Positions 16,941 to 26,400 of a DNA stretch of 64,000 nucleotides are shown here, in pieces. A program made the position numbers and the translations under genes. Position 1 is the first letter of the stretch; each line of letters starts with the position of its first letter. The notes under the pieces are model-generated. The model did not search any database. It saw nothing but the letters and a program-made list of their open reading frames with translations, and was not told the DNA's origin. The stretch is from an uncultured Trueperaceae bacterium (GTDB lineage: Bacteria > Deinococcota > Deinococci > Deinococcales > Trueperaceae), in assembly GCA_963727505.1 (NCBI GenBank), contig CAVSGP010000004.1:928001-992000 (forward strand). The letters are read 5' to 3'.

Positions 16941-18986
16941 TCAGCGGGCGCGGGCGGTCGGCGCCAGCCGTTCCAGCGCCTGACGTTCGATAGCGTCGTC
17001 GAGGGGCGCCAACGCCTCCCAGCCGAGCCGCTCGGCGATCCAGCCGAGCAGCAGGTCGGCAAGCCACGGGTTGCGTGCCAGCACGGGGCCGTGCAGGTAG
17101 GTGCCGATGGCGTGACCGTGTACCACGCCCTCGTCGGCCACGCCCTCGAAGGCGTTGCCGTGCCCCTGGACGACCCGGCCGAGCGGCGTACCGCCGTGCA
17201 GGCGCGTGTGTCCGCCGTGATTCTCGAAACCCACCAGCAGGTCGTTCACGAACGGGCTCTCGACCAGCATGCGGCCCACCAGCCGGGGAGAACCGCGCGA
17301 GGTGGTGACCGGAAGAAGCCCGAGGCCCTTGACCGGCCGGCCGTCCACCTCGAAGCTCTCGCCGAGCAACTGGTAGCCGCCGCACACCACCAGAGCCGCA
17401 GCGCCGTCGTCGAGCAGCGCGCCGATCTCCGCGGCGTGACGGCGGAGATCGCTCATGATCAGCCCCTGCGCCAGATCCTCCCCGCCACCCATCACGACGG
17501 CGTCGACGTCCTTGGGCCAGCGGTCGCCCACGTCGACGCGCAGCACCTCCGCACCGAGACTGCGCCACGCGAGCCGCCGGCGAAGCACCTCGAGGTTGCC
17601 GCCGTCACCGTAGGTGCCCATCTGGTCGGGGTAGAGCCAGGCGATGCGGGCCGGTCGGCCGGTGATGTGCGCACGGCGGGCCGCCGAGGCAGTCGACGCC
17701 TCCCCCTGTGGCAGCGCGATCCCGGCCGCCGGCGCTGCCGCCGGCGGCTTGTCCAGCAGCTGGTGGGCCTGCTTGAGGTTGGTGTAGGTGGACAGCACCA
17801 GCACCGAGCCACCGACCGGCGCCCCGCGAACGGCGACCGTGAGGGCCTCGTGCAACGTAGGGAACGCTGCGGCGTCCGGACGCGGGTCCAGGTAGCGCAT
17901 GCGGATCAGGAACTCCAGGGCCCGGGTCCCTCCGACCGCGACGCGCCCGAGCTCGACGGGGTAGCGGGCGTCCCACAGCCACGACACGTCGACGCCGTCG
18001 GCCGAGCCGTCGTTGATGAGGAACGCGTGCGCGTCGGCGCGTTCCTGTGCAAGGTTCCAGCTCATGCTGGCCGGGTTCTTGACCAGGGCGAGGCTGACCT
18101 GGCGGTCCAGGATCGTGCGCACCTCTCCCCTGCCGCCGACCGTGCCGGGCCAGGCCTCGAGCCGCGGTTCGACCCCCAGCGCCATCGCGGCAGCCAGGGC
18201 AGCCGTAGCGCTGTACGGATGCAGGTAGGGAGGGAGCGGGGGGTACGTTCTCCCGTCCATCGTCAGACCGGCGTCCCCTAGGGTGGCCTCGTAGGGCGTG
18301 GTCGGGTTGGTGAAGCCGCATGCGTCGCAGCGGTAGCGACCGAGGTGCGCGTAGTAGCGCTCGCTGTAGTTGAGCTCCCCACCGCATACCGGACAGGCAG
18401 GGATGTCACTGGGGACCTCCATCGGAGGCAGGGCCGCCCGGAAAGCGAGGCTCCGCCCCTCCACCGCCAGGCTGGCGACCAGCGGGTCGTCACCGTTCAG
18501 CAGCAGCCGGGCCTCGGGCAAGCTAGCGATCGCCCGCTCCAGGTGCCCGCGCGTCGTGCGCACCTCCCCGAAGCGGTCGAGCTGGTCGCGGAACAGCCCG
18601 GTGATGATCACCAGGTGGGGCGCCAGGGCCGGCGCGAGCTTGGGGAACGCCGCCTCGTCGACCTCCATCACCAGCGCGTCGCCGGGCCCCTCCAGGAGCG
18701 CCGCCGCGATGCCCTGGTGCAGGTTGGCGCCCTCCTCGTTGGCCACCACGGCGCGCCCGTCCCGCTCGAGCAGGTGACGTAGCAACGTCATCGTGGAGGT
18801 CTTGCCGTTCGTCCCGGTGATGACCACCCGCAACGGGTAGCGCGCCGCGGCGCGCTCCACGAAATCCGGGTCGAGCTTCACCGCCACCCAACCGGGCAGG
18901 GTGGTGCCGCCGCCCGGTCGCACGCGCCGGAGCACACTCTTCGCCACACGCCCCATCAGGGGCGCCAATGCTCGCCAAGCCGTCAA
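16941..18986 (-). CDS. MurT-GatD fusion (lipid II isoglutaminyl synthase-like)
   Basis: GGTTLPG, ITGTNGKTST, EVDEA, FRDQLDRFGE, CPVC..CDAC zinc finger, LVKNPA, DGVDVSWLWD (MurT), then in the same frame LYPDQMGTYGDGGN, VCGGYQLLG, GFENH, GTYLHGP (GatD); TTG 18986 with GGAGAGG RBS (alternative ATG 18956). Confidence 0.9.
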   Translation of the reverse strand: MTAWRALAPLMGRVAKSVLRRVRPGGGTTLPGWVAVKLDPDFVERAAARYPLRVVITGTNGKTSTMTLLRHLLERDGRAVVANEEGANLHQGIAAALLEGPGDALVMEVDEAAFPKLAPALAPHLVIITGLFRDQLDRFGEVRTTRGHLERAIASLPEARLLLNGDDPLVASLAVEGRSLAFRAALPPMEVPSDIPACPVCGGELNYSERYYAHLGRYRCDACGFTNPTTPYEATLGDAGLTMDGRTYPPLPPYLHPYSATAALAAAMALGVEPRLEAWPGTVGGRGEVRTILDRQVSLALVKNPASMSWNLAQERADAHAFLINDGSADGVDVSWLWDARYPVELGRVAVGGTRALEFLIRMRYLDPRPDAAAFPTLHEALTVAVRGAPVGGSVLVLSTYTNLKQAHQLLDKPPAAAPAAGIALPQGEASTASAARRAHITGRPARIAWLYPDQMGTYGDGGNLEVLRRRLAWRSLGAEVLRVDVGDRWPKDVDAVVMGGGEDLAQGLIMSDLRRHAAEIGALLDDGAAALVVCGGYQLLGESFEVDGRPVKGLGLLPVTTSRGSPRLVGRMLVESPFVNDLLVGFENHGGHTRLHGGTPLGRVVQGHGNAFEGVADEGVVHGHAIGTYLHGPVLARNPWLADLLLGWIAERLGWEALAPLDDAIERQALERLAPTARAR

Positions 18987-19235
18987 TCGACGTCCTCTCC
19001 CGCGACCCGTCGGCGCCCGACGTCGCAACGTGTCAGGGCCCCGGCGCACCGCACCGAGACCCCTGGGCGCCGCGACCCATGGGCGCGCGAGCCCGGATCC
19101 CGGGCGACGGCGCGCCCCTATGCTACGTCGGCGGGCGCCGCCGTGCCGCAGGACGCGCTGCGGCATGAGACGAGGCCCCGCCGATCGGTCGACGCGATTG
19201 CGGTCGGCAGGCGGTGCTGGTAGCCTGACGTGCAC

Positions 19236-19820
19236 ATGGGCAACAAGCCTCTTCTGGTCGCCGTCGACGTTCAGCGGCTCTACCGCGACTTCGCTCCGTG
19301 GGCGCTCGGCGGCGTGGAGGCCGTGGCGGCCACCATCGCCGGGCTGGCGGACGCGCTGCGGTGCCCGCTGCTGTGCACCCGCACCGTCCTGCCGAGCGCG
19401 CACGGCGTCCAGGACGGCCCCTGGCACGCCTACGAGGAGCGCTGGCAGACGCTGGCCGCGCGCGCCGCCGCCGAGCCGGAGATGCTCGACCCGATGCCCG
19501 CCCTGCGGCAGCGCTGCCAGGCGGTGTTCGACAAGCACACCTACTCGGCTTTCGAGGACGCCGCGTTCGACGCCCACGTGCGTGCCTTCGGCCCCTCGCC
19601 CTTGCTCCTCGCCGGCGTGGAGACCGACATCTGCGTCCTCGCCACCGTCTTCGGCGCGCTCGACCGGAACCTGCCAGTATGGCTGGTCACCGACGCCGTG
19701 GCCGGACCCGACGCGCACGCCCAGCGTGGCGTGCTGGCGACGCTGGCGCGCATGCCGGAGCAGGTGCGCCTGGTGAGCGCACGCGAGGCCGCCCTGGCGC
19801 TCGCCCCGGAGCCGTCATGA
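19236..19820 (+). CDS. Isochorismatase-family cysteine hydrolase
   Basis: VDVQ (Asp), DKHTYSAF (Lys), GVETDICV (Cys) catalytic triad. Confidence 0.88.
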   Translation: MGNKPLLVAVDVQRLYRDFAPWALGGVEAVAATIAGLADALRCPLLCTRTVLPSAHGVQDGPWHAYEERWQTLAARAAAEPEMLDPMPALRQRCQAVFDKHTYSAFEDAAFDAHVRAFGPSPLLLAGVETDICVLATVFGALDRNLPVWLVTDAVAGPDAHAQRGVLATLARMPEQVRLVSAREAALALAPEPS

Positions 19821-21049
19821 GCAGCGTCGCAGACGTCGCCGCGCATCTCGCGGCCCCGTCGGAGGCCGACGCCCGCTTCCTGGCGGCGTCGGGGGTGCAC
19901 CACGCCTTCGACGGCGCCCCCGTCCTCACCGACGTCGACCTGGCCCTGCCGCGCGGCTCGCTGGCCTGCCTGATCGGGCCCACCGGCTGCGGAAAGACCA
20001 CGCTGCTGCGGGTCCTGGCTGGGTTCCTCCGGCCCGACGCCGGGCGCGTGCACGTCGGCGGCCGCGACGTCACCGACCTTGACCCCGCGCGCCGCGGCAT
20101 CGGCTTCGTCTACCAGGACCTGGCGCTGTTCGACCACATGTCGGTTCGCGGCAACGTCGGCTTCGGCCTGCGCGCGCGGGGCGTGCGGAGCGGGGAGCTG
20201 GAGCGCCGCGTGCACGAGATGCTCGAGCGTGTGGGGCTGGCCGGCTTCGCTAGCCGGCGGCCGACCACGCTCTCCGGGGGCCAGCGCCAGCGCGTGGCGC
20301 TGGCCCGTGCGTTGGTCTTCGAGCCCGACATCCTGCTGCTCGACGAGCCCTTCGCGGCGCTCGACAAGAACGTGCGGGCCCAGATGCAACAGGAGGTGCG
20401 GCGCCTCCAGAAGGAGCTCGGCGTCACCACCATCCTGGTGACGCACGACCAACAGGAAGCCATGCGCCTGGCCGACGTACTGGTGATGCTGCGCGACGGC
20501 GGCATCGAGCAGAGTGGCCCTCCGCGGGAGCTGTACACGCGGCCGGGCAGCGTGTTCGCAGCACGCTTCCTCGGGGAAGCCAACCTGTTCGAGGGTCGCT
20601 TCCGCACCTCCCCGGCCCGGCTCGAGGGCGCCGTGGAGCTCCGCCTCTCCGACGATCCGACCGCGTCGGGCACGGACGTGCCCGACGGAGCGCTCGTCAC
20701 GGCCATGATCCGTCCCGAGGACGTCGTCATCGGCGCGGCCGCGCCGGCCGCCCCACGCGGCGCCGCCGGCGCGGGAGTCGCCGCCGGAGCCGACCCACTC
20801 GGGCCCGCGGCAGCCGAAGGCACCGACATCGAAGGCACCGACATCGAAGGCACCGTCGTAGAAGGCACCGTCGAGGACGCCGCCTTCACCGGCGCGAACA
20901 CGGAGTACACCGTACGGGCCCGGCCCGGGAACGCCGTCGTGCGGGTGCTGGCCTCCGGCACCGAGACCGAGGCCCATGCGCGCGGCGCCGCGGTCTGGCT
21001 AACATTCCCCCGGGAGCGCGTGAGCCTGATCCCCGAGGAGCGCCCATGA
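19817..21049 (+). CDS. ABC transporter ATP-binding protein (PotA/FbpC type)
   Basis: GPTGCGKT, LSGGQRQRVALARAL, LLLDEP, VTHDQQEA, C-terminal TOBE domain. Confidence 0.93.
   Translation: MSSVADVAAHLAAPSEADARFLAASGVHHAFDGAPVLTDVDLALPRGSLACLIGPTGCGKTTLLRVLAGFLRPDAGRVHVGGRDVTDLDPARRGIGFVYQDLALFDHMSVRGNVGFGLRARGVRSGELERRVHEMLERVGLAGFASRRPTTLSGGQRQRVALARALVFEPDILLLDEPFAALDKNVRAQMQQEVRRLQKELGVTTILVTHDQQEAMRLADVLVMLRDGGIEQSGPPRELYTRPGSVFAARFLGEANLFEGRFRTSPARLEGAVELRLSDDPTASGTDVPDGALVTAMIRPEDVVIGAAAPAAPRGAAGAGVAAGADPLGPAAAEGTDIEGTDIEGTVVEGTVEDAAFTGANTEYTVRARPGNAVVRVLASGTETEAHARGAAVWLTFPRERVSLIPEERP
20816..20875 (+). repeat. 15-bp in-frame tandem repeat x4 (EGTDI/EGTVV)
   Basis: GAAGGCACCGACATC x2 then GAAGGCACCGTCGTA, GAAGGCACCGTCGAG. 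Confidence 0.9.
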
Positions 21050-23382
21050 GCCTGCGTGAGATCGCCCCCCGCTACCAGCTCAACACCTGGCTGTCTGACA
21101 CGCCCGCTGCCGTGCTGGATGCGGTCTCGGGGCTGTTCGTGATGCCCGTGTTGTACAGCGCGTCGGCCAACGCCACCTCCCGGCTCGATGCTCCCGAGCG
21201 CACGCGCTTCGGCGCCCGCCGCCTCGACGGCTCGCGGCTCGAGCTCGAGGCCGAGCATGCCGGCTCGGTCTTCCGCCTCCGCTACGCCAAGGACGGCCCC
21301 TACCGTCTCACGGGGGAGCTGCGGGCGGTCGAGCTGGCCGAGTGGGGCCTTCGAACCTGGGTCAACCTGCTCGTCGCCTTCCAACCCGGCTCGGAGGGTG
21401 CCGACGCGACCGTCCGACCGCAAGCGCGGGCCGACGGCACGCTCACCGCAGACGCCCCGGGCCGGGGCCTGGCGCTCGCCGTCGCCCAGGCCCCCGTATT
21501 CGTGACCCTTCACGACACGATCGGGGCCTTCGAGGCCGAGCTCACCGAGGGCGGCTACTACGCCGACGAGCGCGCTCTTCGCGAAGACGACCCGCCGACC
21601 GCCGCGCCGGTGATCGCGCTCCGCTTCAACCTGGAGGCCACGCCTGTGGTGCGCTTCACCCTGGCCATCGGCGCCGACGTCGAGCGGGCGCTCGCGCGTG
21701 CCAGGAGGCCGAGCGCCACTGCGGACGCTCCTGCCGGGGACGCTCCCGCCGGGGACGCTCCCGCGCTGGGCGCTGCAGCGCCCGACCCCCACCCGGAGAC
21801 CGACGTGGACGAGGCGCTCGCCGCCGTGGACACCGTGCTGGGGTGGAACTCCGTCATCGACCCGGCGAACGGTCGCTGGTACACCGCGCCCACCCGCACC
21901 TGGATCACCCGGAAGTTCGGGGGCTGGTTCACCTGGCTCGACGACACCTTCTTCCACGCCCACATGGCCGCGGCACTGGACGCGGAGGCCGCCCGGCGCA
22001 ACCTGGAGGTGGCCCTCGCGAGCGCCACGCCCGAGGGCAACCTGGCGTGCCTGCTGAGCCCACGCACGAAGTGGCTCGACCGTTCGCAGAGCCCTGTCGG
22101 CGGTCTGGTGGCGTGGTCCACCTACCTGCGCACGGGCGACCTCGGCGTGCTGGATCGGGCGCTCCCCACCCTCACGGCCGCCTTCGACTGGTGGCAGCGC
22201 GAGCGGCGGGACGCACGCACGGGCCTGTTCGCCTTCGGCACCTCCCGCTACGGTCACGGTGCGTTCAAGGGAACGGCGCTGGCCGCCCGCGACGAGTCGT
22301 TCATGGACAACAGCCCGATGCACGACGGCGTCGAGCTCGACCCCGCCAGCCGACGTCTCCGGCAGCTCGACGTGGGGCTCTCCAGCTTGCTGGCGCTCGA
22401 GGCGGAGATGCTGGCCCGCATCGCCCGGCGCCTCGGTGACCGCGCCGCAGCGGCGCGGCTCGAGGAGGCGGCCAGCGCCATCGTCCAGGCCATCGACACC
22501 GTGCTGTGGGACGAGGAGGCGGGCATCTACGTCAACGTCGCCCTGGACGGCACGCCCTCGAAGCGGGTCGGCCCCACCAGTTTCTACCCGCTGCTGGCCG
22601 GGGTACCGTCCCGCGAACGCGCCGAGCGCATGGTGCGCGGCCAGCTGCTGAACGAGAGCGCTTTCTGGGGACCGCACGTGCTGCCCACCATCCGACGCGA
22701 CGACCCCGCCTTCGGCGACAACGTTTACTGGCGCGGACGGATCTGGCCGCCCACCAACTACCTGGTGGTCCTGGGGCTGCGGCGCTACGCTCTGCACGAG
22801 GTAGCGCGAGACGTCACCGAACGCTCGTACGCCATGTTCGCCCGCGAGTGGCGTGAGCACGGCCACTGCCACGAGAACTACCAGGCCGTCACCGGCGAGG
22901 GCCACGACTCGAAGGACTCCGACACGTTCTACAGCTGGGGCGCGCTGTTGCCGCTGATGCGCGTGGAGGACGCGCTCTTCCCGTCGCCCTGGGAAGGGCT
23001 GTGCGTGGCGACCGATCGCGGCCCTTGCCACCGCGGCACGCTCTGGTCGGGGCGCACGCTCCGACTGGAGGGCGACGTGGGCGGGCGCGAGGATGGCTGG
23101 CAGCTCACGCTCGACGGCCGGCCGGAGCTCGCCGGGGACGCGCGCTGCCGCCTGAGCGGACTGCGGCTCGAAGCGGGCGGACTCGAACTCACGGTCGAGA
23201 GCCCAGGGGCCGTGACGCTGAGCGTGCCGCGCCTGGCCGCCGAGCAGGTACTCCACGCGGCGCTCCCGGAAGGAGTCGAGCTCGCGTTCGACCCGCACGG
23301 CGCCCGCCTGGCCCTGGCCGCGGGCCGGCACGACGTCCGGCTCGCGCTGTCACGCGGCCGGAACACGGGGGACGGCGGGTAG
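21046..23382 (+). CDS. GH63/MGH1-like (alpha/alpha)6 glycoside hydrolase
   Basis: W.DDTFF, RSQSP, ESFMDNSP, LWDEE.G.Y, FYPL, YWRGRIWPPTNY, HENY...TGEG, YSWG motifs. Confidence 0.85.
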   Translation: MSLREIAPRYQLNTWLSDTPAAVLDAVSGLFVMPVLYSASANATSRLDAPERTRFGARRLDGSRLELEAEHAGSVFRLRYAKDGPYRLTGELRAVELAEWGLRTWVNLLVAFQPGSEGADATVRPQARADGTLTADAPGRGLALAVAQAPVFVTLHDTIGAFEAELTEGGYYADERALREDDPPTAAPVIALRFNLEATPVVRFTLAIGADVERALARARRPSATADAPAGDAPAGDAPALGAAAPDPHPETDVDEALAAVDTVLGWNSVIDPANGRWYTAPTRTWITRKFGGWFTWLDDTFFHAHMAAALDAEAARRNLEVALASATPEGNLACLLSPRTKWLDRSQSPVGGLVAWSTYLRTGDLGVLDRALPTLTAAFDWWQRERRDARTGLFAFGTSRYGHGAFKGTALAARDESFMDNSPMHDGVELDPASRRLRQLDVGLSSLLALEAEMLARIARRLGDRAAAARLEEAASAIVQAIDTVLWDEEAGIYVNVALDGTPSKRVGPTSFYPLLAGVPSRERAERMVRGQLLNESAFWGPHVLPTIRRDDPAFGDNVYWRGRIWPPTNYLVVLGLRRYALHEVARDVTERSYAMFAREWREHGHCHENYQAVTGEGHDSKDSDTFYSWGALLPLMRVEDALFPSPWEGLCVATDRGPCHRGTLWSGRTLRLEGDVGGREDGWQLTLDGRPELAGDARCRLSGLRLEAGGLELTVESPGAVTLSVPRLAAEQVLHAALPEGVELAFDPHGARLALAAGRHDVRLALSRGRNTGDGG
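21724..21765 (+). repeat. 15-bp in-frame tandem repeat x2.8 (DAPAG)
   Basis: GACGCTCC(T/C)GCCGGG repeated. Confidence 0.85.
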
Positions 23383-23450
23383 GATCGCAAGCAGGGGGAC
23401 CGACGGCGACGCGCGCGGGGTCCCCGCGCAGTAGCATGGAGGGAGGGACT

Positions 23451-24509
23451 ATGAAGAACCGAAGCACGTACGTGTGGCACCTCTTGCTGGTGCTCATCGG
23501 TACCGCCCTGCTGGCCACGGCGTGGGCGCAGAAGCCGACCCTGTTGGTGGCCAACTGGCAGGGCTACGGCAGCGACCTGCCATGGGTTGTCCAGGCCTTC
23601 GAGCAAGAGTGCGGCTGCACCGTCAAGCAGGTCGACTTCAGCTCCGAGCAACAGCTGCTCAACATGCTGAAGCAGGGGGGCGTGGGCCAGATCGACGTGG
23701 CGCTCCCGAACTCGACGTACATCCGCTACGCCGTCGATGACGGCCTCGTCCAGCCCATCGACGCGTCCCGGCTCACCAACTACCACGAGCTCATCCCCGG
23801 CCTGACGCAACTCGCGGCGCTCAGGTCAGGCGGCCAGCTGTACGGCGTGCCGTGGCTGTGGGGCACCGTCGGTGTCGGCTACAACCCCGACCTGGTCAGC
23901 GCCCCGGTCGAAGGCTACGCTGCGTTGTGGGACAAGCAGTACGCCGGCAGGACCACCTTCAACGACGACCCCGTCATCGCCGTCATGACGGCGGCCGTGT
24001 ACCTGGGCGAGGACCCCTACCACCCCGACCTCGCCAAGGTGAAGCAGGCCCTACTGGAACAGAAGCGCCTCGACGTGACCTACTGGGCCACCACCGACGA
24101 CTTCACCAAGCTGTACGCCGCCAAGCAGGTGGTCATCGGCAACGTGTGGTCGGGCCTGGCCACCCAGATCCAGGCCAACGGCTACCCCATCCGCTACGTC
24201 ACGCCCAAGGACGTCATCACCTGGGTCGACAACTGGGTGATCGTCAAGGACGCGCCGCACCCCGCTCTGGCGTACCAGTGGATCGACTTCATGATCTCCC
24301 AGAAGTTCCAGGACCGCTACGCGCGGGACCTCCAGCAGCAGCCACCGTCGCCCGCCAATCAGATCGTGGCCGAGAGCCTGCCGGCCGACCAACGTCAGAC
24401 CTTCCAACCGAACGCCGTGCTGGAGACCAACATCCCGCAAGACACCTACAACGCCTGGTCGCAGCTCTGGACGGACGTGAAGACGACGCCGGTGAAGCCG
24501 CTGCCATGA
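23451..24509 (+). CDS. ABC substrate-binding protein (PotD/PotF family)
   Basis: Signal peptide, NWQGY, YGVPWLWGTVGVGYN, WVDNWVI, AYQWIDFM. Confidence 0.9.
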   Translation: MKNRSTYVWHLLLVLIGTALLATAWAQKPTLLVANWQGYGSDLPWVVQAFEQECGCTVKQVDFSSEQQLLNMLKQGGVGQIDVALPNSTYIRYAVDDGLVQPIDASRLTNYHELIPGLTQLAALRSGGQLYGVPWLWGTVGVGYNPDLVSAPVEGYAALWDKQYAGRTTFNDDPVIAVMTAAVYLGEDPYHPDLAKVKQALLEQKRLDVTYWATTDDFTKLYAAKQVVIGNVWSGLATQIQANGYPIRYVTPKDVITWVDNWVIVKDAPHPALAYQWIDFMISQKFQDRYARDLQQQPPSPANQIVAESLPADQRQTFQPNAVLETNIPQDTYNAWSQLWTDVKTTPVKPLP

Positions 24510-24558
24510 CGCACGCGGGCCCCGTACCGGCCCGCCGTCGCCCAGACGGGGTCGGGCG

Positions 24559-25422
24559 TTGAGAGAACGGCGGAGTCGCTGGGCGGGCGCGGGCCTCCTC
24601 GCGCCCGCCTACGGCCTCATCCTGGTGCTGGTCCTGGTTCCGCTGGCGGCGCTGGTCGTCACCAGCCTCACGCCGGTACGCGTAACGGGGGCCTCGACGG
24701 TGGGCCTGCTGTTCGACAACTACCTGCGCTTCTTCCGTGACGCCCCTTCCCGCATCGTTCTGGCCAACTCGTTGACGATCCCCGCGCTCGCCACGCTCCT
24801 GAGCCTGGGGATCGGCTGGCCACTCGCCTACGCCCTGGCCAAGGTGCACCGACGTCGCGGCAACGCCCTGCTGGCCGTGCTCATGGCCCCCTTCTTCGTC
24901 TCCTACCTGCTGATCATCTACGCCTTCCAGGGACTGCTCCAGGTCGGCGGGCCCCTGCAGGCTGCCCTGCACGCGCTCGGGCTGGTGCCGGCCACCACCT
25001 CCCTGCTCTACTCGCGTGCCGCCGTGACGCTGGCGCTCGTGTACGAGTACCTGCCGTTCATGGTGCTGTCGGTCTACGGCTCGCTGGAGCGCATCGAGGA
25101 CAGCGTGCTGGAGGCTGCCGTCGGGCTGGGCGCCGGCCCCTGGCGGGTGTTCGCCGAGATCCTCTGGCCGCGCAGCGTGCCCGGGGTGATCGCCGGTTGC
25201 GCCCTGGTGTTCATCCCGGCCACCGGTTCCTTCGTCGAGCCGCAGATCCTGGGCGGCACGCGCATCAGCATGCTCGGCGAGGTGATCAACGCGCAGATCA
25301 ACCAGACGTTCGACCTCACGCGAGCGGCCACCGTCTCGCTGACGCTGACGGTTGCGGCGGTGCTGGGCTTCGGCGTCCTGGCGGCGCTGGCGCAGGCGAG
25401 CCGCCGAGCGCTGAGGCGGTGA
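24559..25422 (+). CDS. ABC permease (PotB type)
   Basis: NYLRFF, YLPFMVLSVYGSLERI..SVLEAAVGLGA EAA motif; start uncertain. Confidence 0.9.
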   Translation: MRERRSRWAGAGLLAPAYGLILVLVLVPLAALVVTSLTPVRVTGASTVGLLFDNYLRFFRDAPSRIVLANSLTIPALATLLSLGIGWPLAYALAKVHRRRGNALLAVLMAPFFVSYLLIIYAFQGLLQVGGPLQAALHALGLVPATTSLLYSRAAVTLALVYEYLPFMVLSVYGSLERIEDSVLEAAVGLGAGPWRVFAEILWPRSVPGVIAGCALVFIPATGSFVEPQILGGTRISMLGEVINAQINQTFDLTRAATVSLTLTVAAVLGFGVLAALAQASRRALRR

Positions 25423-26240
25423 GCGGGACGGGCGGCGGCGCGCGCGCCGCACTGTGGACGGCGTTCACCGCGCTGGTCTATACGGCCATGTTCGTGCCGA
25501 TCGGCTACCTGGTGCTGATGTCGTTCAACACCTCGCCCTACGGCACGTTGCCCCTGCACTTCACCACGCAGTGGTACGTCCGCCTCTTCCACGAGCCTGC
25601 GCTCGCGCAGACCACCCTGCACACGCTGCTGATGAGTCTCGTCGTGGCTGGCGCCTGCGCCGTTGCGGGCAGCATGGCGGCGCTGGGGATGGCCCGGGGG
25701 CGCCTGCCCCGCGCCCTGGTGGACGCGCTCCAGGCGGTGAACCTGGTCCCGGTCACGGTGCCCTGGCTGGTGCTGGGCGTGACCATGTTGCTGTTCCTGC
25801 TGCTCGTGGGCTCGGGCCGCAGCGTGCTCAACCTCTACCTGGGCAACACGGTGGTGGTTGTCCCGTACGTCACGCTGCTGGTCTTCACCCGGCTGCGGGG
25901 GGAGCGCTTCGAGGAGGAGGAGGCGGGAGCCCAGCTCGGCGCCTCTCCGCCGCGCATCTTCCTGGCCATCACCCTGCCCAAGCTCGCGCCCTCGATCCTG
26001 GCGGGCTCGATCATGGCGTTCATGGTGTCGTTCAACAACTTCCTCATCCAGTACTACCTGGCGCCCTTCGGGTTCAACACCCTGCCCATGGAGATCTACG
26101 GGCTGGTGCGCAGTGGTGTCCGGCCCGACATCAACGCCCTGTCCACGTTCCTGGTCCTCGCTTCGATCGCGCTCGTGATGATCCTCGACCGCCTGGTCGG
26201 GATCGGCTCGAGCTTCGGCGCCGGTCGCCGCGGCGGCTGA
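25419..26240 (+). CDS. ABC permease (PotC type)
   Basis: MSFN...FTTQWY, EEAGAQLGA, SFNNF, TLPMEIY, PDINALS. Confidence 0.9.
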   Translation: MSGTGGGARAALWTAFTALVYTAMFVPIGYLVLMSFNTSPYGTLPLHFTTQWYVRLFHEPALAQTTLHTLLMSLVVAGACAVAGSMAALGMARGRLPRALVDALQAVNLVPVTVPWLVLGVTMLLFLLLVGSGRSVLNLYLGNTVVVVPYVTLLVFTRLRGERFEEEEAGAQLGASPPRIFLAITLPKLAPSILAGSIMAFMVSFNNFLIQYYLAPFGFNTLPMEIYGLVRSGVRPDINALSTFLVLASIALVMILDRLVGIGSSFGAGRRGG

Positions 26241-26262
26241 AGAGCCCAGCGGCTGAAGAGCC
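26233..26262 (+). repeat. Direct duplication spanning the stop codon (14-bp unit, 16-bp period)
   Basis: GCGGCTGAAGAGCC at 26233 and 26249. Confidence 0.8.
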
Positions 26263-26400
26263 GGGGCGGCCGTGCTGCGTCCGGCGACGCATCCACTCCC
26301 ATCCCCGGCGCGTAAGGAGGGGTGAAGGGCTGCCGCGCCGCGCGACCGTCGCCGTGACGGCTCCGCGCGTGGACGCAGCACCCGGAGGGAGAGGGTACCG

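Noticed and set aside
18987..19718. Long N-terminal extension of the MurT-GatD ORF in the ORF track
   Set aside because: Overlaps the divergent cysteine hydrolase gene; homology and the RBS point to a start at 18986/18956.
20110..23331. 1073-aa minus-strand ORF, and other long antisense or alternative-frame ORFs (e.g. 38224-40476, 53740-55893, 60607-63150)
   Set aside because: Shadow ORFs opposite or overlapping well-supported genes; expected in very GC-rich DNA; no recognisable motifs.
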